The notes beneath the pieces are model-generated. The model did no database searches and was not told where the DNA came from. It saw nothing but the letters and a program-made list of their open reading frames with translations. The translations under genes were made by a program, and so were the position numbers. From an uncultured Clostridia bacterium (lineage in GTDB: Bacteria; Bacillota; Clostridia; TANB77; CAG-508), in NCBI GenBank assembly GCA_944390365.1, contig CALXPW010000003.1, positions 4,248-68,247 on the forward strand: 64,000 nucleotides of DNA, read 5' to 3'. Shown here one piece after another: positions 39,005 through 50,096 of the stretch; position 1 is the first letter of the stretch, and each line of letters begins with the position of its first letter.

Positions 39005-40984
39005 TTATGCTACTTTTGGAATATTAGTAGCTTTAGTGTTTGTATGTATAGTCTTAAAGCCATTTACAACAGGTTTTATAACCGTACAATTATTACTGTT
39101 GTTATAATCTGTTATTTTTAAATTTGAGCCTTTTACAACCCTGGATATAATTAATTGCGAGTTACCTGCATACTCTTTTATAAAGTCAAAGTCTGCACAG
39201 CTTTCCATATCATCAATGAAAATAGGGAAGTTGGTTTTTGCAATTTTGTTAAACATATTAGCAAACTCTAAAGCAGTTGCAATAACTTCTGACTTAGATA
39301 AATTAGATAAAGAATTATTTTTATAAGTAATTATAAAGTCTTCTTTTATTTCTCCAGTTTTCTTAAATACAGAAGTAAACTTAATCTTTACATCTTTTAA
39401 GTATTCTTTTGCAAGGCTCATTTTTTCTTCAATGTATGTTGTATATAGCTTTTGTGCAACCTTTCTTGCATCTTTTAATTGCATAATATGTTTATTGTGA
39501 ATACCAACTTGCTTACTGAAACTATCAATATCTTCTTTTGCATTTTCAATATTTTTCTGCTTAATACTAATTTCATTATTAAACTGTTCAACTTCTTTTT
39601 GTTCTTTTTCTAATTTTCTTATAGTATCTCTAACATTTGAAATTTGCTTACTATAGTCAATACTTGTATCTCCACCCAAAGAATAATAAGTAGCTTTTTC
39701 TACTGTGAGCTTATATTCTAAATCCTTTTTCTTAGTTTCTAGTGTGTTTCTTCTATTAAAAGCATTTGTTAGGTCTTTCTTCATATTTTGAATGGTTTTT
39801 GCTCGAGCTATATTTTGAATATGTTGCGCACAAGTAGGACAGATGCTGTCAGAACCATTCTTTATTGCTATAAATTTTCTTTTACCAGATTTCATATTTT
39901 TTTCTAGTTCTTCCATTTCTGTAGTTATATTTAAAATTTCATTTTCTAAATCCGTAACTTTTTTCTTTTGAGATTCTTTATCTATAATTTCCTTATTACT
40001 TGTTAATGAGTTCAATTCTTGCTGAGCAAAAGATAATTCCATATCTCCTTCAAATATTTTAGGTGTTGGAAGCTCTTGATTTACAATGTTTTGTGCATAT
40101 TCAATTTTTCCGCTTAAGTTTGCAATTTGAGTCTCAGAATCTTTAATATTTTGGTTTAATTCTGCAAGAAATTCGGGTATATTGCCTGGTATTCCTTCCA
40201 ACATCAACTGCTCATCTTTTTCTAGTTTATCATAAGCTATATCCATAAAAATGTTTAACATATGTGTGTTTATAAATTCTTCTTGTTCATCTTTAGATAA
40301 CATATAGTAGTATTTTAGGTCTCTTAGAATTACATCCTTAAAGCTACTAAATAATTCCTTAGAAGATAGCTCGTCAAACTGCTTATGATTAATATCCTGT
40401 ATTCTATATGCTTTATATATTTCCTTTAATTCATCTTCACTAAATTTATCATAAATCTGTCTCAAATGAATTGAAAAATGCCTTTTTAAAAGAATTTCTT
40501 GCTCCACTGTAGATAATTTATTAAAGATTTCTACAGGTTTTATATCATCTAAATAAGTATCTAATAATTCTTTTTGTTCTGCTGGTTTTTTCTCTAAAAA
40601 ATATAGAGGATTTATGATAGATAGAAACAATTTTTTATCTTTATAGAAACTTACAAGTTCACTTTGTGTTATAGGCTTTCCATCAAGAACTAAAAAGTTA
40701 TTTTTAGTATCAACTCGATTTTTACTACGAATTAATGTATGCTTAATGCCTTGATTATCAGTAAAGTGCATTTCTCCATAAGATACATCACACTTTCTAT
40801 TTATTAAACAAGGCTTTTCATCTCCAGATAAATTCGTGCCTAGTATGATATTTATAATAGCGAATAGAATGTTACTTTTTCCAGAGCGATTTCTACCAGT
40901 AATATTAGTAATGTCATATAGATTCGTCTCGAACTTTCCTTCAAATTTTCGGAATCCAATTGTTTTTATATAATCAATTTTCAT
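39005..40984 (-). CDS. SMC/Rad50/SbcC-like AAA ATPase
   Basis: Walker A GRNRSGKSNILFAI, long coiled-coil region with central CPTCAQ (zinc-hook-like), C-terminal Walker B-like PIFIDDMES. Confidence 0.65.
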   Translation of the reverse strand: MKIDYIKTIGFRKFEGKFETNLYDITNITGRNRSGKSNILFAIINIILGTNLSGDEKPCLINRKCDVSYGEMHFTDNQGIKHTLIRSKNRVDTKNNFLVLDGKPITQSELVSFYKDKKLFLSIINPLYFLEKKPAEQKELLDTYLDDIKPVEIFNKLSTVEQEILLKRHFSIHLRQIYDKFSEDELKEIYKAYRIQDINHKQFDELSSKELFSSFKDVILRDLKYYYMLSKDEQEEFINTHMLNIFMDIAYDKLEKDEQLMLEGIPGNIPEFLAELNQNIKDSETQIANLSGKIEYAQNIVNQELPTPKIFEGDMELSFAQQELNSLTSNKEIIDKESQKKKVTDLENEILNITTEMEELEKNMKSGKRKFIAIKNGSDSICPTCAQHIQNIARAKTIQNMKKDLTNAFNRRNTLETKKKDLEYKLTVEKATYYSLGGDTSIDYSKQISNVRDTIRKLEKEQKEVEQFNNEISIKQKNIENAKEDIDSFSKQVGIHNKHIMQLKDARKVAQKLYTTYIEEKMSLAKEYLKDVKIKFTSVFKKTGEIKEDFIITYKNNSLSNLSKSEVIATALEFANMFNKIAKTNFPIFIDDMESCADFDFIKEYAGNSQLIISRVVKGSNLKITDYNNSNNCTVIKPVVNGFKTIHTNTKATNIPKVA

Positions 40985-40987
40985 ATC

Positions 40988-41206
40988 TTAACTCCTTTTC
41001 TTTTTCTTTGATTTCTTTTCATAAGGTCTTCGTAAATACTTAGGTAATATCCAGTCTTCTGTATTATTGTTAAATCTAACTAAATAATCACCATAGTATG
41101 AATCTCTTTCGAGAACAATGGCAGGCTCATCACGATAAAATTTACCAGTACTTTCACCATAGCCATATACCAAAACCTTAGAATGCCTTTTAAATTTTGT
41201 GTACAT
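40988..41206 (-). CDS. Small basic protein (72 aa)
   Basis: Intact ORF 3 nt upstream of the ATPase gene. No motif recognised. Confidence 0.35.
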   Translation of the reverse strand: MYTKFKRHSKVLVYGYGESTGKFYRDEPAIVLERDSYYGDYLVRFNNNTEDWILPKYLRRPYEKKSKKKKRS

Positions 41207-41316
41207 TATCTTTTCTCCTTTTTTTAATTTTTGCCATTGACAATAGCGATTATTTTTTGTATTATATATACCAATAAAACAAATAAAATTTGTGAATAGT
41301 AGTATAAGTCCCTTTC

Positions 41317-42475
41317 TTATGCTGCTATATTTTTTTCGTTGTTTTGAACGAATTTAATATCTGTTAATATTTTTTTCCCTTTAAACTCTTGTACTTCTGC
41401 TTCAAAAACAGAGCCAATTCCACACTCTAGGATAACATCAACAAGCTCTGGCTTCACAATAAAATTTACCTGTTTGTCAGTCATATCATAAAACTCTCCA
41501 ATAAAATATTCTTTTAGTACTCCGTCTTTTTTGAATTGTTCCGTGTGGTGGTTTGTAAAGTAATAGCATTTATCTACATCAGGGTTTTCTTCAACTGCGA
41601 TTTTTTCTATCTTTTTTGTAGTTTCCTTTTTAGACTTTTGCTTATTTTCTTTTGTAGTATCTTTTTTCTTTGATGTTTCTTTTGCTTGTTCTGTTACTTT
41701 TGATTCAGTCTGTTCTTTTGACTGTACTTTGTTTTGTGGTTTTGTTTGTTCTTTAGATTTTTCTTTTTCTGTATTTGGGACAGTATTATTCACATTTTGA
41801 TTATTTGCTGTTGGTAAGGTTTGTGTGTGTTCAGTTTGTGCTGGAATTTGGTTATTAGAAACAAAATTAATATCTTCCATAATGTCAACAATAGTATTGT
41901 TAAAAGTCTTTCCGTCTTTAGAATTTTCTACTTTTTTTAAGAATAAAATATATTTGCCTTTTATGCTTTGACCTTGTTGTTTTCTTAGTTTGAAATAGTC
42001 ATTAAGAGTATTGATTGCTTGTTTACTTGTAATTTTCATGAGCCATATTCTGTCTGTAGCAATTTTAGGAATTAAAAATTTAAACCAAGCAACTTTTTTA
42101 CAGTCTGGATGGTCATCTTGTCTATACTCACATTCAGCACCTTCACATTTAATACTTTCCCAACCATTAGATGTTTTTTTGTAAGCTTCATTTGTTCCAT
42201 ATTTGCAATAACATACTTCTCCAGATTTATTTGCTCTTGAATATTTTATAGATAGAGGGAAATCATCAATAATTTCTATATCTATACTAGTTTTTTCTTT
42301 GTATAGCTCATTAAATCTTTGTAAATACACTTCCATATGCTCATCTAAAATTTTTGCAATAAAATATCCTAATTCTTTTGCTCTAAATTTACCATTACCT
42401 ATTGGCACTTGCATACCGATGCTGAATTTTGCCTATTGCTGATAAATTTGCATATCTTGTTTGCTCTTGTTCCAT
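41317..42475 (-). CDS. Conserved ICE protein with Cys-rich N-domain and K/E/T-rich linker (~385 aa; recoded at CGG, plus-strand CCG 42416-42418)
   Basis: Strong RBS GAAGGAGG 5 nt before ATG 42475. MEQEQTRYANLSAIGKIQH|GMQVPIGNGKFRAKELGYF.. joins to ORF-track 41317-42414. The track fragment has no RBS of its own. Confidence 0.55.
42416..42418 (-). other. In-frame CGG, +1 recoding site
   Basis: CAU CGG U; joins SAIGKIQH|GMQVPIGNGKF. The only strong RBS lies upstream of the site. Confidence 0.7.
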
Positions 42476-42498
42476 ATTTTTCCTCCTTCACTTAATTA

Positions 42499-42868
42499 CT
42501 ATGCTGCAACTAATTCTTCTAAAGGATAGTAGTTTTCTTGTACTTTAGTTGAATTAATTGAGTAAACTGGGTATATGTCGCTATTTTTAACATATATTCC
42601 TGTTTGATTTTTGATAACACCTAATTTCAGTAATTGTGGAACTAAAGTAGGTTTAAATTTGCAGTCTACTACAATTTCATCTGAATTTAATACTTTACTG
42701 TTTTGCTCTAGTGTAATATCAGCAAAGTGTGCAGTTTCATTTGTAGCAGGATCCGTTCCGAAATAAACTAAGTTGCAAATTTCCATTTTTGTACTTTGAA
42801 CTATATATAAAACAATTCTTAAAAATAGTTTCATACAATTCAAAGCTAAATCCAAATCCATTTTCCAT
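42499..42868 (-). CDS. DUF4313-like protein (recoded at CGG, plus-strand CCG 42758-42760)
   Basis: ATG 42868 after GGAAGGAG (alternative ATG 42889). MENGFGFSFELYETIFKNCFIYSSKYKNGNLQLSLF|GTDPATNETAHFADITLEQ.. joins the frames of ORF-track 42737-42988 and 42499-42861. The Y-x-N-G-x-L-x-L..D..T.E..A.IT pattern is DUF4313-like. Confidence 0.5.
42758..42760 (-). other. In-frame CGG, +1 recoding site
   Basis: UUU CGG A; joins NGNLQLSLF|GTDPATNETAHFADITL. Confidence 0.65.
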
Positions 42869-43496
42869 TACAATTAAATCTCCTTCCATTATTTCTGTGT
42901 AAAAAGATTTTCCTTTAAATCCTCCTTTCTTTTTTTTATTTAGGGCAAAAAAAGAGAAAGTATATGCCATTAAGGGGGTGATTAGCATTTATACTTTCTT
43001 TTATTTTAAACATAAAAAATAAGCTATCTATTTATTTATGTTTTAACCCTAGTTTATGCTACATATAAAATGTAGATGTGTTACTACTACTAACTGTAAT
43101 TTAGTAGCTATGCTTCAGAACAAAGTTCTGAAGGTAGTTATAGCAAAAACTATAACATAATCTTAATACACACTTAAAGTATAGCTTGTTTGTATTTAAA
43201 ATTCAATAATGAGTGTAAAAAAATAAATTATCTTAATATTACAGGGGTTGCAAGGAAAATTTATGTCCTAAAATTTAAAAATACATAAAAGTAAAAATAA
43301 AAAAATAAAAATTTTTTTAAATATAGGTGCAATTTTAATTGACATTTAAGGGATTTTCGGGTATGAAAATTTTTTAGCTTGAGCGTTCCAATTTTAAAGA
43401 TTTTTCTATACAATTAATTTAAAGGGGGAATAAGATTTATTTTTGAATAAATTGATTTGCTCTGTATGTAATGTATAGGGCAAAAAATTAAAGTGT

Positions 43497-43612
43497 AAAA
43501 AATGTAACATAACTACACTTATGATACATTTTTTGAGAAAAAACATATAAAAACAATAAAAAAATGTAACATAAATGAGCAAAAGGCTATCAAAAAAATG
43601 TAACATAAATGA
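43497..43612 (+). promoter_or_regulatory. Three direct repeats AAAAA(A)TGTAACATAA(ATGA) upstream of the small recombinase gene
   Basis: Copies at 43497-43512, 43558-43577 and 43592-43612. The last two are identical over 21 nt. The core ATGTAACAT is nearly palindromic. Confidence 0.55.
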
Positions 43613-43625
43613 AAGGGTGGGGAAG

Positions 43626-44502
43626 ATGATAGAAGAATTTATTGAATTTATGAAAAAAGATAATATTTCAGAAAATACATATATGAGTTATGCAAGTGAT
43701 ATAAAGTTATATATGCAATATTATGAAGATTCGTACGGTGAAGAAATGGAAAAACTTATTCATTCTGATATAGTTATGTATGTAAATTATTTAAAAAGAG
43801 AGGGGACATCAGCTAGTACAATGAATAGAAAAGTAGCAGCACTAAAAAAATACAATTTGTTTTTAATGGATAAAGGCATACAAAAGGATATTGTTATAGT
43901 AGATAAAGACTATATAAAAGTACAGAAATCTTTTATAAGTAAAAAAGTTCCAACTACGCAAGAAATGAACAAAATACAACATGCAGCTAATAAAGATGAA
44001 AAAAACTCTAAACGAGATTATTGCTTTCTTTCTATTATCATTTTTGGTGGACTAAGAGAAAGTGAAATAGTAACAATAAGATTAGTAGATGTAAAATTGC
44101 AAGAAAGATTTATAAATGTAATAGGTAAAGGAAATAAATTTAGACAAGTAGTAATCAATAATATGATGTATGAAGCTATAAAAGATTATTTAGAAATAAG
44201 GGAGAAAATGGACACAGATAACCCATACTTATTCGTAGGACAAAAGACTATGAAAAATAAAAAGCCACTTAATCGTAATTTTGCAAACAGGTTATTAGAT
44301 GGTTATAAGGATTTATGCAAGTCTGTAAAATTACATCCACATGTAATTAGAGCATACTTTTGTACAAATGCTCTACATAATGCAGGTTATAGTATAGAAC
44401 AGGTGGCAAACCAAGCACGGACATAGCAGTTTGAACACTACTAGAGGATATTTAGGAAACAATGATACAAACACGTTATTGGATTTAGCAAATAATTTGT
44501 AA
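43626..44502 (+). CDS. Small XerC/D-type tyrosine recombinase (~291 aa; recoded at CGG 44418)
   Basis: SAM-like N-domain. Box I GGLRESEI and HPHVIRAYF. After skipping C 44418: IEQVANQA|GHSSLNTTRGYLGNN.., supplying the conserved His and the catalytic Tyr. The unshifted frame stops at 44424-44426. Confidence 0.8.
44418..44420 (+). other. In-frame CGG, +1 recoding site
   Basis: GCA CGG A; joins IEQVANQA|GHSSLNTTRGY (catalytic His/Tyr box). Confidence 0.9.
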
Positions 44503-45134
44503 AAATATACTAGTGATAATTGTAAAAAATAATAATTAACTTAAAATTACATTATATAATGGAGAAATAATAGAAATCCATTTTACTTTCTGAAACTTTG
44601 TAAATATTATTAAATTCTATATCTTTTTAAACTAAAATATTAACAAACAACTTGACTTTTATCAAAGAAGCATATATAATATGGATGTAAAATTTAATAT
44701 GTACAAGAATGACTAGAAGATTTATTAACTAGAACTATATTATAAACTTTCTTGCTTTACACTACATTTAGATAATTATAAAGAAATAAAAGCTAAAATA
44801 ATTATGTGAATGAAATGCATTTAAGTAAAGAAGATTTCTATTAGTTAAAAAGTTATGTTTCTAGCAATGATTTACATGATGTTTAGTAATTTTTTATATA
44901 GGATTTGTAGACAATGAACATAAATATTTTATGTGCTTAAATTGAAAGATTTAAAATTTCTACAGATTCTATATTTTTTTTAAAATTGGTAAAAATCCTT
45001 TTACTTATATAAGAGAACAACTTGAAAGTAGTTCTAAATAATACAATGATTTAAGTATGCTTAGCCAATATACTTAAATAAACGAAAGGAGGAGAGAAAG
45101 CGGCTTATTATTAAATTATAATTAGGGGGTATTT

Positions 45135-45878
45135 ATGAGAAAAAGTATAACTTTATTATTATCAGTATTATTATTTATATTAATAATGAGTACTTATGTA
45201 TCGGCTGATACAGCTGAAATTAGTTCTGATCCTGGTTTATATTGCCCTGCATCAGAAGAAGAAATTAACACAATCCAACTACCTATAGGAGAACCTATAT
45301 ACGAAAGCTTACAACCAACATCAACTTATGCTATTATATCCGTAAATATAACATCACCTTGTGATAAAACATTTAGGGATAAATTCCCAACTACTTATGC
45401 AGCTGTAGCAAATAGAGCCGTAGAAAGTGCAGATGATTATTTAGGTAGTCAATTTGGAATTGATTATGTGAGTGTGGCTCAACCACTTTGGAATTATAAT
45501 GGGACAAGTAAAGATGCAGGAATAATTTTAAGTAATGCAATTAGTTCATATGGTCTTACATATAACGGTTCAAAAAAAGCAGACCTAATGGTGGCTTTTG
45601 CAAATATATCTGCTGATGGTAATGTTGTTGGTAGAGCAAATGCTATTGGAGGGCAATATGCTATAGTATTTCATACTAATGATGCCGGTAATGCATATAA
45701 TGTTCAGCACGAAACAGGCCATTTATATAAATTAAGACACCATAATGATCCTAGTGCAGGAATGAGTTTCCCTAGTAATCCAGTTTGTATAATGAATCAA
45801 GGATTATCAAGTTCAAATTTTGGTCATTTATGTACACCACATTATAATCAATGGAAGAGTAATAAGAATTATCACTAA
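45135..45878 (+). CDS. Secreted zinc metalloprotease (metzincin-type HExxHxxxxxH)
   Basis: Signal peptide MRKSITLLLSVLLFILIMSTYVSA. Zinc motif HETGHLYKLRHH. Confidence 0.65.
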   Translation: MRKSITLLLSVLLFILIMSTYVSADTAEISSDPGLYCPASEEEINTIQLPIGEPIYESLQPTSTYAIISVNITSPCDKTFRDKFPTTYAAVANRAVESADDYLGSQFGIDYVSVAQPLWNYNGTSKDAGIILSNAISSYGLTYNGSKKADLMVAFANISADGNVVGRANAIGGQYAIVFHTNDAGNAYNVQHETGHLYKLRHHNDPSAGMSFPSNPVCIMNQGLSSSNFGHLCTPHYNQWKSNKNYH

Positions 45879-45897
45879 AACATAAAAAGGAGATATA

Positions 45898-46938
45898 ATG
45901 AAGAAAACTTTATTTGTAATTATAATCGTAATACTTATAATTCTTATATTTTTGGCATTTGCTTTTAAATTTTTTATAACTGATAAGGAGACTATAGCAA
46001 TAGTTAATAATGAAATTATAACAGAAAAAGATTTAAAGTTACTGGAGGAAGAATATCCTGAATTTGAAAGAAAAGAATTAATAATTGAATTAATAATCGA
46101 AAAATTAACTATAGAAAAAGCTGAAAAATTAGGAATAATAGTAACAGAACAACAAGTAGAAGAAAAATTAGAACAATTAAGCCAAATGGGAGATATAATA
46201 AACAATAAAATTATAGAAAAATATGGGAGTTTAAATAATTATGTTAAGCCGCTAAAGAATAGATTAATTTATGAAACGCTTAAAGAAAATGAAAAAGAAA
46301 ACTTTAAAAGCTTTACTGATTTTAATAATAATTCTATAATTATTGACTCAGAGGAGTACATAAAACAACAAAATTATACTAATATTTCTGAGACAGATAA
46401 AAATGCAATTATTAATCAATTTAAAGACAATTACTATGATTCATTATTTAATGTATACTTCGAAATATGGAAATATAAATTAATTAATGATGCAAAAATT
46501 GAAATTTTTGAAGATATTTCAGGATCTATCGAAAGAGAAATTTATGATATTGAAGAAAGTGAAATACCGTACTTTTTTAAATCATATTTTAACAGTTCAT
46601 TATTTGAACAATATGAAATTATTTCATTAAGAACAGCACAGATGAAAAATTACTATGATAGGTTTTTATATATTAAAATGAAAGATTCAAAAAGTAATAA
46701 AATAATAGAAATAGAATTAGATTTAAACAGAGAATATGAAGAAAATTTAAATAGTAATAATGAAATAATTAATATTAACGGGATAAATGGTATATTAGAA
46801 GAAAATGATAACTCTGTAAAAATCCATTTATTTGATACATATTTAAATGCTAATATTTATGTAACAACAGATAATTTAGAAAAAGATGAAATCATAAATT
46901 TTTTAAAAGATTTTATACGAGTAAGCTATAAAAAATAG
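45898..46938 (+). CDS. Membrane-anchored SurA-N/PrsA-like chaperone-domain protein
   Basis: N-terminal TM helix, then IAIVNNEIITEKDLKLLEEEY..ELIIELIIEKLTIEKAEKLGIIVTEQQVEEKLEQL resembling the SurA N-terminal domain. Confidence 0.4.
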   Translation: MKKTLFVIIIVILIILIFLAFAFKFFITDKETIAIVNNEIITEKDLKLLEEEYPEFERKELIIELIIEKLTIEKAEKLGIIVTEQQVEEKLEQLSQMGDIINNKIIEKYGSLNNYVKPLKNRLIYETLKENEKENFKSFTDFNNNSIIIDSEEYIKQQNYTNISETDKNAIINQFKDNYYDSLFNVYFEIWKYKLINDAKIEIFEDISGSIEREIYDIEESEIPYFFKSYFNSSLFEQYEIISLRTAQMKNYYDRFLYIKMKDSKSNKIIEIELDLNREYEENLNSNNEIININGINGILEENDNSVKIHLFDTYLNANIYVTTDNLEKDEIINFLKDFIRVSYKK

Positions 46939-47308
46939 GAAATAATATATAACTTAAAAAGAATATTAAACTTCTATAATACTATGCATTATCATATTTA
47001 TCAGTAGATAAAAAAGCCCTACAGTAAAGTGAAGTGGGGCTTTTTTATAGCAACTAGTAGGCATTTATAAGTACTGTGCTTACTGTAAAATTAAAATTAT
47101 ATTACACTCCTGTAAGATAAACATTATATCCATAATTAGTTAATTTTTGCTTTATTAACTTAATTGCAGCATTACTATCATCTTCAGAAAGATTGTACTT
47201 AACTCTTAATTCATAAAATGTAAATTTTATAAAATTTTTATTTTAATTTATTTTATTCTCGATAACATTATTTAAAAACTCTAATTTCATTTGTTTAAAA
47301 GCCTCTTT

Positions 47309-47527
47309 TCATTTTGCGTAACTATCTAAAACCTTAATGATATCGTTATATTCTTTTAATGAATTAGACATATCATTATTTTTTAAACTATTGTTCAGAA
47401 CATATTCTATGACATCATTAAAGTATATTTTTAATTCATCTTTTGAATAATCCTTATTTAGTATTGTTACTCCAGCTTGATTTAATAATTTCGTTTGTTC
47501 CATTGTAAATATGTTTAATAAGTTCAT
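47309..47527 (-). CDS. Hypothetical small protein (72 aa)
   Basis: Intact ORF downstream of 47620-48819. Confidence 0.3.
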   Translation of the reverse strand: MNLLNIFTMEQTKLLNQAGVTILNKDYSKDELKIYFNDVIEYVLNNSLKNNDMSNSLKEYNDIIKVLDSYAK

Positions 47528-47619
47528 TTAAATCACCATATAACGAATAATTTTTATAAGCATAGTTTAGCATAAAAGATAATAATAATCAATATTTTAT
47601 ATATAAAGCTTTTATTAAT

Positions 47620-48819
47620 TTAATCTTTATCCCTAAAGATTTTATATTGTTTAATTATGTCTAAGTATCTATCGTTGTAATTATTTGAACTAATCCAAGT
47701 ATTTAATTTTGAATTAGTTTTGGTAATCATTTGCATTAATTCACCATCTGAAATCTTCTTGGATATAACATTAAAAATTGGTAACTCTAGTTGCATTTTC
47801 TCAGCTAAATTAGTAATAATATCATATCCAGATAGATCTTTAAAATTGTATTGCAAAAATACCATTTCTGGTTTTTCACTTAATATCTTTGAATAAGTAT
47901 CTTTTCCACTTTTAGTAATTCCAATTATATTTACATATTTTAATGTTTTAATTTGTGTTTTTATAAAATTAACTAACTTATTATTTGAACTTGCTATCAA
48001 AATATTTATTTTTTGTTCAGATTGTTTAGGTATAATATATTTCTTTTTATTTCTATAATTTTTATCTATCTGCTCTTTTGTATCATTTAAGATATTACCA
48101 ATAATAATACTATTTACTTCGTTTATTGCTGCTATATCTCCATTTGGCAATATAATGCTATAATACCTAGATATAGAATATTCAGTTAATGCTAGAAAAT
48201 GTTCTATATTTTTAAAGTGAAGAAAATCCACCGAATAATAGAATTGTCTGTAATTTATTTTAGAAACAAAATATTTTTTTATATCTATATTTTCATCTAA
48301 TAATATTGGCATAAATCCTAATATTATCCAAGTATCTATTTTTAATGATGGTAATCTCATAATATTGCTATTGTAATATTCTACAATATGATTAGTAATC
48401 ATTGAGAGTACATTTATTTGTACTTTATTTTGGTAATAAGAGAGGAAATCTGTCATATATTTATATTTTTCTATATTAGCTTTATCAGTTATTAAGTATA
48501 TGTTAATTGTTAATACATCTATGTAATCAATAATTTTATTTAGCATTCGCATATCACAGTTAAATAAATTATTAAAAAGTAATTCGCATTTTACTCCTTT
48601 TTTATTAGCATATTTTAATAACTCTATAAAAGTAGGATAATATAAGGCTTCATCACCTATCCAACATATTTTATTGATACCTTCATTGGTTAGCTTATCT
48701 ATTATAATTTTGTTTTCTGCTAAACTTAATTCATTAGTGTTTTTATATTTCTTACAAAATCTTATATCTTGTGTTTTGTCTATCTTTAAAAGCCAACATA
48801 TTGTCTTTTCTCTCTTCAT
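47620..48819 (-). CDS. Degenerate radical-SAM-like barrel fused to a receiver-like C-terminal domain
   Basis: The N-terminal region (..KICWIGDEALYYPTFIELLKYANKKGVKCELLFNN..) looks radical-SAM/TIM-like but lacks a CxxxCxxC cluster. The C-terminus INILIASSNNKLV..PEMVFLQYNFKDLSGYDII is REC-like, with the acceptor Asp position not conserved. Confidence 0.3.
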   Translation of the reverse strand: MKREKTICWLLKIDKTQDIRFCKKYKNTNELSLAENKIIIDKLTNEGINKICWIGDEALYYPTFIELLKYANKKGVKCELLFNNLFNCDMRMLNKIIDYIDVLTINIYLITDKANIEKYKYMTDFLSYYQNKVQINVLSMITNHIVEYYNSNIMRLPSLKIDTWIILGFMPILLDENIDIKKYFVSKINYRQFYYSVDFLHFKNIEHFLALTEYSISRYYSIILPNGDIAAINEVNSIIIGNILNDTKEQIDKNYRNKKKYIIPKQSEQKINILIASSNNKLVNFIKTQIKTLKYVNIIGITKSGKDTYSKILSEKPEMVFLQYNFKDLSGYDIITNLAEKMQLELPIFNVISKKISDGELMQMITKTNSKLNTWISSNNYNDRYLDIIKQYKIFRDKD

Positions 48820-49080
48820 TACAATACCTCATTTCTTATAAAATGGTGCTAATAATTATAGGCAAATACTGGTAAGATTATAACACATATTTTATGTAAA
48901 CGCAATGCTTTTATAATATTTATTCTTTATTTAAGGTTTTCAAGCTAAAAAATAATTTGCAATTAATTCTCGAATTTATATTGTTGTATAAATTTGTTTG
49001 CTACATAATAACATAAATGAGAGCATTTATCTATATAACTGCTCTCACTTAATTTACCTAATGAATTAAAATTTCAAATT

Positions 49081-50082
49081 TTATTCTTCTATTTTTGTTA
49101 CATCAATTTCATATATTTGGCAAGGGTATGTTTCAAGTACTATTCCTGTATAAAACACTTCTATTTTATCTCCGACTGTATACTCTGATGTATCTTCTAC
49201 ACTAACCAAAACTGCATCTCCAATGTTCTCGTCTTCTGACTTTACAGTAAGCATTTTCTCATTTTTATCAATAACTTCACCTATAAATGATGGTGCTATG
49301 TCATAAGTCGTTAAATCTTTTGAATAGTATGCTACAAGCAATGGTTTGTATTCTTTTGCATCATCTATAACTCCTTGTAACACTAAGCCTATATTGATAA
49401 AGTTTTCATTTTCTACTAAATCTATTGTGTAAATATTGCTTGGAATATCATCATAAGTTGTAACTTTAGTATCTGCTCCAAATGTATCTCTAGTATTATC
49501 ATAAGTTAATATATAGCCATCATCTTTTTTATATTCCAAGTCTGTGATAATTGGATCTCCCTCATTTGTATATTCTACAATTCTTATAAAGTCTGACTGT
49601 CTATTTTCATTATTTGCATTCGTATTCGTAATAAAAGAATCTAATTTACTCTTATTAAATACTGCATTGTATGATATTACTACACAGCCGTCTTTTATGG
49701 CTTGTTGCATTGAATATTCTTGTGGTATCTCCTTTAATAATTTTTGTTCATCTATATTTTTCTCTACAGTTTCTTCAATAGAGTTTAATTGTTTTTCAGT
49801 ATATGCACTATATTCACTTTCAAAATCTTCATATTGCATAAACCAAGAGCCAATTTTCATTTCGTTATATCCATTTAGCATATTAAAATCAATTACCTTA
49901 TATCCTAAACCTATATATTCTTTAGTTCCACCATCTCTTAAAGTTGAATAGTTTATACAGAATATTGGCTTTTCTTGTTTCTGTACTCTATTATAATCAA
50001 CTGCAAAAAATATTAATCCTAATAATATTATTACTCCTAATATAATAAGTAATATCTTTATCCTTTTTTTCATTTTTATCAC
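49081..50082 (-). CDS. Membrane-anchored extracytoplasmic protein
   Basis: N-terminal TM helix (ILLIILGVIILLGLIFFAV). Immediately downstream of the sigma-factor gene, a candidate partner. Confidence 0.4.
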   Translation of the reverse strand: MIKMKKRIKILLIILGVIILLGLIFFAVDYNRVQKQEKPIFCINYSTLRDGGTKEYIGLGYKVIDFNMLNGYNEMKIGSWFMQYEDFESEYSAYTEKQLNSIEETVEKNIDEQKLLKEIPQEYSMQQAIKDGCVVISYNAVFNKSKLDSFITNTNANNENRQSDFIRIVEYTNEGDPIITDLEYKKDDGYILTYDNTRDTFGADTKVTTYDDIPSNIYTIDLVENENFINIGLVLQGVIDDAKEYKPLLVAYYSKDLTTYDIAPSFIGEVIDKNEKMLTVKSEDENIGDAVLVSVEDTSEYTVGDKIEVFYTGIVLETYPCQIYEIDVTKIEE

Positions 50083-50096
50083 CTTTTTCCTTCCTA

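Noticed and set aside
3704-44426. The fragmented T4SS/recombinase genes as ordinary pseudogenes of a decaying ICE
   Set aside because: All frame breaks are the same event: one extra C immediately before a Gly codon, creating an in-frame CGG. There are no nonsense mutations, no -1 or +2 indels and no deletions. The fragments join without loss of conserved residues, and three breaks within 53 nt compensate exactly. Random decay does not produce this pattern.
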